Origin: Thermoproteus sp.
Lineage (GTDB): Archaea; Thermoproteota; Thermoprotei; Thermoproteales; Thermoproteaceae
Direction of reading: 5' to 3'
NCBI GenBank assembly: GCA_049976425.1
Contig: JBMFIG010000002.1
Span: 32,001-96,000, forward strand
Length of the DNA stretch: 64,000 nt
Within the stretch, counting starts at the first letter, position 1, and each line of letters starts with the position of its first letter. Positions 58,102 to 64,000 of the stretch are shown piece by piece. The notes beneath the pieces were generated by a model. That model made no database searches. It was not told the origin of the DNA and saw only the letters and a list, made by a program, of their open reading frames with translations. A program made the position numbers and the translations under genes.

Positions 58102-58881
58102 GTGGACGCGGCCGCGTTGGTGGCGGTAGGCGTGGCCGTCGGGATCTTGATAGGGGTGACAGGCTCTAGCGGCGTCGCGCTGACGGTGCCGGCGCTTTCC
58201 TACATGGGCTACACATATCAACAGTCGGTAGGCGCGAGCCTCTTAGTCGACCTGATAGCGTCGGCCTCGGCCTTACTGATATACATAAGGGCGGGGGACG
58301 TAGATTGGCGGTACGCCCTTGTGCTAGGCGCCGGCGCTGCGGCGGGCGCGCAACTGGGCTCCCACTTGGCCGTTAGGTCGCCCGAAAGGCCGTTGGAGGT
58401 GCTCTTCGCGGCCTCCTCGCTCTATTTCGCCTACACGTCGATAAGAAACAGCGCGTCCAATATCGACAGAGGTCTGCTCCCCCCTGTCCGTCGCTTCTTC
58501 GCCTCTATAGGGCCACGGGCCCGCCGCGCGGTGATCGCCCTATCCAGCATAGCCATCGGAGTCATGTCGGGCCTTGTAGGGGCCAGCGGAGGCATCATGT
58601 TCGCCGTGGCGATAAGCTCGATGAGCGATATGCCGATAAGGAAGGTCGTGGGGACCGCCATGGCGGCCATGGCGCTGTCGGCGCTCAGCGGTGCGTTGGC
58701 CTACATTTATTTAGGGGTCACGGACGTGGTAGCCGCGATAGTCGTAGGGACCTCTGCCCTTCTCGGCGGCTATGTGGCGGCCAGACTCGCCCACAGAATA
58801 TCGCAGAGACATATATACACAGCGCTCGCCGTGCTTTTCGCGGCAGTGGCCGTGCTTGAGCTTGCTAAAGCAATATCGTGA
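58102..58881 (+). CDS. TauE/SafE (sulfite exporter) family permease
   Basis: Two G..G..G.SG repeats; about 8 TM helices. Confidence 0.88.
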   Translation: MDAAALVAVGVAVGILIGVTGSSGVALTVPALSYMGYTYQQSVGASLLVDLIASASALLIYIRAGDVDWRYALVLGAGAAAGAQLGSHLAVRSPERPLEVLFAASSLYFAYTSIRNSASNIDRGLLPPVRRFFASIGPRARRAVIALSSIAIGVMSGLVGASGGIMFAVAISSMSDMPIRKVVGTAMAAMALSALSGALAYIYLGVTDVVAAIVVGTSALLGGYVAARLAHRISQRHIYTALAVLFAAVAVLELAKAIS

Positions 58882-59004
58882 GGACGCCCTGACGATTTAT
58901 CGTAGATAGCAAGGGAGAACGGCCGCGTCCGTGGCGTTTTAGTCCGCGATATAGTTTATGTATGTTTATGGGAGATGCCTTTAAAGGCACACAGTCCGCT
59001 GCGC

Positions 59005-60330
59005 ATGGATCAAAAAACAATTTACGCAATAATAGGAGCTATTGTAATAATAGCAATAGTAGGAATAGCCGCTGTGGCTATGATGGGCGGCGGCAAACAG
59101 CAGACGCCAACAATCACCACGGTGACCCAGGTATCCACAGTTACGCAGGTATCTACGACGACCGTTACTCAATACGCACAACAGCCTACGGCCACCTCGA
59201 CGGTCACTGCAACGCAGACATTAACCGTCACCCAAACGGCTACCCAGCCGGGTCTGCCCAGTTCTTGCGGGGGCTTAAGCGGCCAGATAATTGCCGGAGG
59301 CGCCACGTTCCCGGGCCCCCAGTTCGACTACTGGACTAAGTACCTCTACAACGCCACGGGCGGCAGGATTAAGATAACTTACAACTACGTCGGCTCTGGG
59401 GCGGGCCAGACGTCTCTTATCAAGGGCGAGTACGCCTTCGCCGGCTCCGATCTGCCGCTGGCCCCCGATAGGTACAACCAGTACAAGGGCCAGATAATAC
59501 AGTTCCCCGACATACTCGGTAGCGAGCTGTTGGTGTACAACGTGCCCGAGATAGCATACGTCAAGACCCACATGAGGCTGAACCTAACCGCCGAGATTAT
59601 AGCGGGGATATACATGGGCACCATAAGGTACTGGGACGATCCGGCGATAAAGGCTGTCAACCCCGGCCTCGCGAGCCTCCTGCCCCACAAGGAGATCACG
59701 CCGGTCCATAGATCCGACGCCTCGGGGACGACGGGCTGGTTCACCCTATTCCTGAGCAAGTCCGTGCCTCGGTGGAACCAGACGGTCGGCTGGGGCCTCT
59801 CCGTTAACTGGCCGGTAGATCAGATGGGCGTCTCCAAGGCCGGGCAGGGGAACCCGGGCGTGGCCCAGATAGTGCTGAACACGCCCTACTCCATCGGGTA
59901 CGTGGAGTACAACTATTGGATAACCCAGAAGGATAAGTTCGACGCCGTTGGGGGCTACGCCTATCTGCGCAACGACAACGACGGGAAGTTCTACGACGCC
60001 ACGCCGGAGGCGGTGTCCCAAGCGGCCGCCGCGGGGATACAGCAGGTGGTCCAGAGGCTGGGCGGATTCCCGAGCGCGGCCGACAACTGGTGGCAGGTGA
60101 TACAGGTCTTCGCCAACCCGCCTAGGGGCTATCCGCTGGTGGCCTTCTCCTTCGCCATGTTGAGGACCGACTACAGCTCGTACCCCAACGGACAGACGGT
60201 GGCCGCCGTGGTCAAGTGCTTCTGGCAGTACGCCTTGACGACAGGTCAGGAACAGCTGGTGCCGGGCTACCTCCCGTTGCCCAAGGACATAGCCCAAATA
60301 GGCCTCAACGGCCTCAACCTAATAAAGTAG
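59005..60330 (+). CDS. pstS: Phosphate ABC transporter substrate-binding protein
   Basis: GATFP, GSGAG, FAGSD, WDDP.I..VNP, RSDASGTT and IGYVE motifs; TM anchor plus Thr-rich linker. Confidence 0.95.
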   Translation: MDQKTIYAIIGAIVIIAIVGIAAVAMMGGGKQQTPTITTVTQVSTVTQVSTTTVTQYAQQPTATSTVTATQTLTVTQTATQPGLPSSCGGLSGQIIAGGATFPGPQFDYWTKYLYNATGGRIKITYNYVGSGAGQTSLIKGEYAFAGSDLPLAPDRYNQYKGQIIQFPDILGSELLVYNVPEIAYVKTHMRLNLTAEIIAGIYMGTIRYWDDPAIKAVNPGLASLLPHKEITPVHRSDASGTTGWFTLFLSKSVPRWNQTVGWGLSVNWPVDQMGVSKAGQGNPGVAQIVLNTPYSIGYVEYNYWITQKDKFDAVGGYAYLRNDNDGKFYDATPEAVSQAAAAGIQQVVQRLGGFPSAADNWWQVIQVFANPPRGYPLVAFSFAMLRTDYSSYPNGQTVAAVVKCFWQYALTTGQEQLVPGYLPLPKDIAQIGLNGLNLIK

Positions 60331-60344
60331 TTTTTCCTAGGCCT

Positions 60345-61235
60345 ATGGTCGAGCTCCTCCTATTGGGTTTTGCTCTTTATATAATCTATGTACTATTTTT
60401 GATTTTTATAAAGTTGAGGTGGGGTCTGAGGCTTCTGGCGTTCTTGGTGCCGGCCGCCGTCGCCTCCCTCGTCGTGATGTTCTTCGTGAGGGCGTTGCCG
60501 GCCATAGAGCACGAGGGCCTCGCGTTGTTCACCACTGCGCGGTGGGACGCCCAGCACGAGCAGTACGGCCTACTGCCAGCGCTTCTAGGCACGCTCATAA
60601 CCACTGCGGTGGCCTTGGCCATAGCCCTCCCCCTCGCCGCCTCCTTCGCGGTCTTCGTAAACGAGGTTGTGCCCCAACGGTATAGGGGCCTCGTCTCCTC
60701 CTTCATGGACGCCACGGCCTCCCTGCCCACAGTTGTCTACGGTCTGTGGGGCCTAACCGTCTTGACCCGATACATCTACGAATATTTCGGGACCACGACA
60801 AGCCTCCTCACGGCGTCTCTACTGTTGTCGATCATAATCACTCCCTACGCCGCCGCGATAATCAGAGAGGGCTACGCGTCGATCCCCAGAGAGATCGTCG
60901 AGGCGATATACGCGTTGGGCGCCACCAAGGCCGAGGCCATATACATCAAGTTGAGGTATATCAAGAACTATCTGCTGGGCGGCACCTTCCTGGCAATGGG
61001 CAGAGCCATGGGGGAGACAGTGGCGGTGGCCATGGTGGTGGGCGGCAACTACGTGAGCCTCCCGACAAATCTGCTGAACTCCGGGGTCACCATATCGTCG
61101 CTCATAGCGCTCCAGTTCCCCAACGCGCAGATAGCGAACTACATGGAGCCGGCCTTGATGGCGGCTGCCTTCGTCCTGGCCGCGGTGGGGCTCGCAATAA
61201 ACACCACGGCTGTCTACTTCCTCTTTAGGAGATGA
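60345..61235 (+). CDS. pstC: Phosphate ABC permease
   Basis: LPTVVYGLWG, ALGAT and GRAMGET motifs. Confidence 0.93.
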   Translation: MVELLLLGFALYIIYVLFLIFIKLRWGLRLLAFLVPAAVASLVVMFFVRALPAIEHEGLALFTTARWDAQHEQYGLLPALLGTLITTAVALAIALPLAASFAVFVNEVVPQRYRGLVSSFMDATASLPTVVYGLWGLTVLTRYIYEYFGTTTSLLTASLLLSIIITPYAAAIIREGYASIPREIVEAIYALGATKAEAIYIKLRYIKNYLLGGTFLAMGRAMGETVAVAMVVGGNYVSLPTNLLNSGVTISSLIALQFPNAQIANYMEPALMAAAFVLAAVGLAINTTAVYFLFRR

Positions 61236-62146
61236 ACGTCTTGTTGCGCAGGTTGATAAGCGTCGTCGTCCTTCTGCTCATATCGGCGCTCGCCCTCGCG
61301 TCCATAGCCCCCCTGTTCTTGATAACCCGCGACATCTTGGCCAGCGGCGTTGAGGCGATAGCCAGGATCGGGCCCGCCTTCTTCACGGCGCTTCCTCCGT
61401 CGCCCAACGACGCGACCGGCGGCGTAGGGCCCGCCCTTGTCGGGACGTTGTTCATGTCGGCGCTGGCCTCGCTCTTGGGCTTCGCCGTGGGCTTCCCGGT
61501 CGGCGTCTACATAGGCGAGTATAGACACGAGTTCGCCGCGAAGATTGCGAGGATCAACGTGAACGTGTTGGTGGAGTTCCCCACGATCACCATAGGCCTA
61601 TACGTCTACGCCATCTCCGAGTCGGTGGCCCCCTCGCTGGACAGATCCCTCTCGCCGTTTCTCCAGTGGGCCTCCGGCGTGCCCGTATTGGGCTACTTCC
61701 TCGGCCCCATATCAGTCTTCAACGCATACGCCGGCGCCGCGGCCCTCACGCTCATAATGGTGCCCTACGTGGCGTTGTTCACAGCGTCGGCGTACTCCTC
61801 GGCGGAGAGGAACTTGAGGGAGGCGGCCTACGCCATAGCGGGAGACGAGAGGAAGGCTCTGTTCGTCGTGATGAGGAAGGCGTTGGGCAGATCTGTGCTG
61901 ACCGCGTTCTTGCTGGGCTCGGCCAAGGTAGCGGGGGAGACGGCCCCCCTCCTCTTCACCTCCGCCTTCAACGACTTCTACGGGCCGTTCACTCAATACA
62001 CGGCCTCGATACCTGTCTTGATATACAGGTTCGCGACGACGCCGTTTCCAATATACAAGGAAGTCGCCTACGGCGCCGCCGCTGTGCTTCTGCTGATAGT
62101 GTTCGCCCTCTTCATATCGGCGAGGGCTCTGTCGAGACATGCCTAG
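61232..62146 (+). CDS. pstA: Phosphate ABC permease
   Basis: GGVGPALVGT, LREAAYA and AGETAPLLFT motifs. Confidence 0.93.
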   Translation: MNVLLRRLISVVVLLLISALALASIAPLFLITRDILASGVEAIARIGPAFFTALPPSPNDATGGVGPALVGTLFMSALASLLGFAVGFPVGVYIGEYRHEFAAKIARINVNVLVEFPTITIGLYVYAISESVAPSLDRSLSPFLQWASGVPVLGYFLGPISVFNAYAGAAALTLIMVPYVALFTASAYSSAERNLREAAYAIAGDERKALFVVMRKALGRSVLTAFLLGSAKVAGETAPLLFTSAFNDFYGPFTQYTASIPVLIYRFATTPFPIYKEVAYGAAAVLLLIVFALFISARALSRHA

Positions 62147-62179
62147 GCGGGTTGTTTCAGGCCGGGATCCGGAGAGGAC

Positions 62180-62926
62180 ATGAGCCTCGTGGCCGAGGGC
62201 GTCACGGTCTCCTTCGACAAGAACGTAGTGCTTGACGGAGTGAGCCTAGAGGTGCCGGCGAGGACCATCTTCGCCTTGATGGGGCCGTCGGGATCCGGCA
62301 AGTCGACCCTTCTGAGGGTGTTCAACAGGTTGATAGAGATATACCCCAACGCCAAGGTGTCGGGCCGCGTGTACCTCGACGGCAGGGACATATTCAAGAT
62401 GGATGTTGTGGAGCTCAGGACGAGGGTCCAGATGGTGTTCCAGATACCTAACCCCATCCCCAACCTCTCGATATTCGAGAACGTGGCTTTGGGGGTGAAG
62501 CTCAACGGGCTGGCGAGATCCAAGCGGGATCTGCGGGACAGAGTGCGTTGGGCTCTGGAGCGGGCGCAGCTCTGGGAGGAGGTCAAGGACAGGCTCGGCT
62601 CACCGGCGTCGGTCCTCTCGGGCGGACAACAACAGAGGCTCTGCCTAGCCAGGGCGTTGGCGTTCCAGCCGGAGGTCCTCCTGATGGACGAGCCCACCGC
62701 CAACCTCGACCCGGAGAACACCGCCAAGATAGAGTCGCTCATGCTCGACCTCAAGAAAGACACGACGATAGTGCTCGTCACGCACTACCCGCCGCAGGCG
62801 GCGCGCGTGAGCGACTACGTGGCCTTCCTCTACAGAGGCAAGATAGTCGAGGTGGGGAGGACCAGCGAGGTGTTCATGAGGCCCAGACACGAGCTGACGG
62901 AGAGGTACGTGACGGGGAAGATATGA
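62180..62926 (+). CDS. pstB: Phosphate ABC ATPase
   Basis: GPSGSGKST, VFQ.PNP, LSGGQQQRL, DEPT and T..YVTG motifs. Confidence 0.96.
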   Translation: MSLVAEGVTVSFDKNVVLDGVSLEVPARTIFALMGPSGSGKSTLLRVFNRLIEIYPNAKVSGRVYLDGRDIFKMDVVELRTRVQMVFQIPNPIPNLSIFENVALGVKLNGLARSKRDLRDRVRWALERAQLWEEVKDRLGSPASVLSGGQQQRLCLARALAFQPEVLLMDEPTANLDPENTAKIESLMLDLKKDTTIVLVTHYPPQAARVSDYVAFLYRGKIVEVGRTSEVFMRPRHELTERYVTGKI

Positions 62927-63537
62927 GGCGTCTGCTGGATCTCGCCGAGGCCCAGATAGCCGAGCTCTTGAGGAAGGCGGCCGAGATCGCCACGGGCGCC
63001 CTCGACGTCGCGGCCGAGTGCTTCGGCGGCGTCTGCCAGCCGGAGAGGGCCAGAGCCGCGGCGTCCGAGGTGCGCAGAATACACGAACACATCGCCGAGC
63101 TGGCGCTGGAGGCGATAGCCAGATATTCGCCTGTGGCGGTAGATCTCAGATACCTCAGAGGGGCCATGTTCGCCTCGTACGACCTCTACAGAGTCGCGAG
63201 GTACGGATACGACGTGGCCGACATAGCGTCCCGCCTAGGCTCCGGATGCTCCAGCGAGAAGGTGCGCGAGATATCGCGAGTCGTAAGGCGCATGGTGGCC
63301 GAGTCTGTCGAGATGTTGTTAAGCCATAGGTCAGACAAGCTGGACGAGATCGTGAGGCTCGACGACGAGATCGTCGACAAGTCCTACATGGACTCGGTGG
63401 CGAGGCTCATGGAAAGACGCGAGAAGTGCGACGTGGTCGAGGCCATGGCGTTGAGGCTTCTAGAGAGGGCGTCAGACCACGCCGTCTATATAGCTAGGCA
63501 GGCCAACTTCGTCGCGACCGGCGAGCTCTACCTCTAG
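62923..63537 (+). CDS. phoU: Phosphate uptake regulator PhoU
   Basis: PVAVDLR, DLYR, DD..VD and LERASDHA motifs. Confidence 0.9.
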   Translation: MRRLLDLAEAQIAELLRKAAEIATGALDVAAECFGGVCQPERARAAASEVRRIHEHIAELALEAIARYSPVAVDLRYLRGAMFASYDLYRVARYGYDVADIASRLGSGCSSEKVREISRVVRRMVAESVEMLLSHRSDKLDEIVRLDDEIVDKSYMDSVARLMERREKCDVVEAMALRLLERASDHAVYIARQANFVATGELYL

Positions 63538-63803
63538 GCGTGAATCCGGCCACGCAGTTATTCGCCGGCCATACAGCCCTCCAGCGCTTTCCCAAGCCCG
63601 CCGCCTTACTCTAGGCGGCTCCTCGGCCCCGCCTCAACAACTCAGATAGACGAAGAGCAACCCTCCGTAGGCTTAGAGATACTCCTTGTCGGTATTCGCG
63701 TAATACGTCCTCGGCCCCTGCAGAATCGCCGGTCTATAAACAGACCCGGTCGTTGTCGATTTCGGCGGACTGCCAGCTCCCGCTACGCGTAGCGGTTGAC
63801 GGC

Positions 63804-63817
63804 AAAAAGTTTAAAAA
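63804..63817 (+). promoter_or_regulatory. BRE/TATA promoter of the tRNA gene
   Basis: AAAAAG-TTTAAAAA upstream of the tRNA. Confidence 0.7.
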
Positions 63818-63854
63818 TAGCGAAGTGTATGGGGGACGCCCCGGGCGTCGGGGA

Positions 63855-63975
63855 GCCGTGGCAAGCCGGCCACTCCAACCGGTCGTCTAGTCCGGTCAAG
63901 GATATGGGCCTCTCGGGGCGCCGAAGGCCGCGCCGGAGGGAGCCCAAGACCCGGGTTCAAATCCCGGCCGGGGCA
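63855..63975 (+). tRNA. tRNA-Glu(CTC) with two introns: 63858-63878 (position 3/4) and 63916-63940 (position 37/38)
   Basis: Spliced form has acceptor GCCCCGG/CCGGGGC-A, anticodon stem TGGGC/GCCCA with loop CT-CTC-GA, and T arm CCGGG-TTCAAAT-CCCGG. Both introns show a 4-bp central helix with 3-nt bulges. Confidence 0.92.
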
Positions 63976-64000
63976 TCCAATTCCTATTGATGCTATGGAG

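Noticed and set aside
59100-59250. Repeats in the pstS 5' region
   Set aside because: They encode an ordinary Thr-rich linker (TQVST) typical of crenarchaeal binding proteins.
63796-63990. 64-aa ORF at the window end
   Set aside because: It overlaps the tRNA-Glu gene and its promoter; spurious.
1-64000. CRISPR array or cas genes
   Set aside because: No regularly spaced 24-37 bp repeats were seen. The only RuvC protein sits between IS ends and is a TnpB.

Overview
GC-rich, gene-dense archaeal chromosome segment whose gene content and tRNA intron style point to Thermoproteales, probably Thermoproteus-like (inference, no database search run). Most of the window is housekeeping: GAPOR, RpiA, ThiL, GGPP synthase/IPK, Upp, PGI/PMI, GluRS, AsnRS, Sua5, Prs, a riboflavin operon and pstSCAB-phoU. 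The notable parts are: (1) a ~13 kb type IV pilus-like locus (13.6-26.7 kb) with a MinD-like ATPase, a divergent secretion ATPase, a membrane platform, five class III signal peptide proteins (one a pilin fused to a putative L-type lectin domain), a 957-aa surface protein and several orphan genes, with a prepilin peptidase 5 kb downstream; (2) a tnpB-only IS200/IS605 element that appears to have inserted inside the ATG of an HD-hydrolase gene and to supply a replacement in-frame start, with its tnpB frameshifted at a G6 run; (3) a tightly coupled five-gene operon of unknowns ending in DUF309, including a 45-aa ORF missing from the track; (4) two C/D box sRNA candidates; (5) a tRNA-Glu(CTC) with BHB introns at positions 3/4 and 37/38. 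All calls come from motif recognition by eye.
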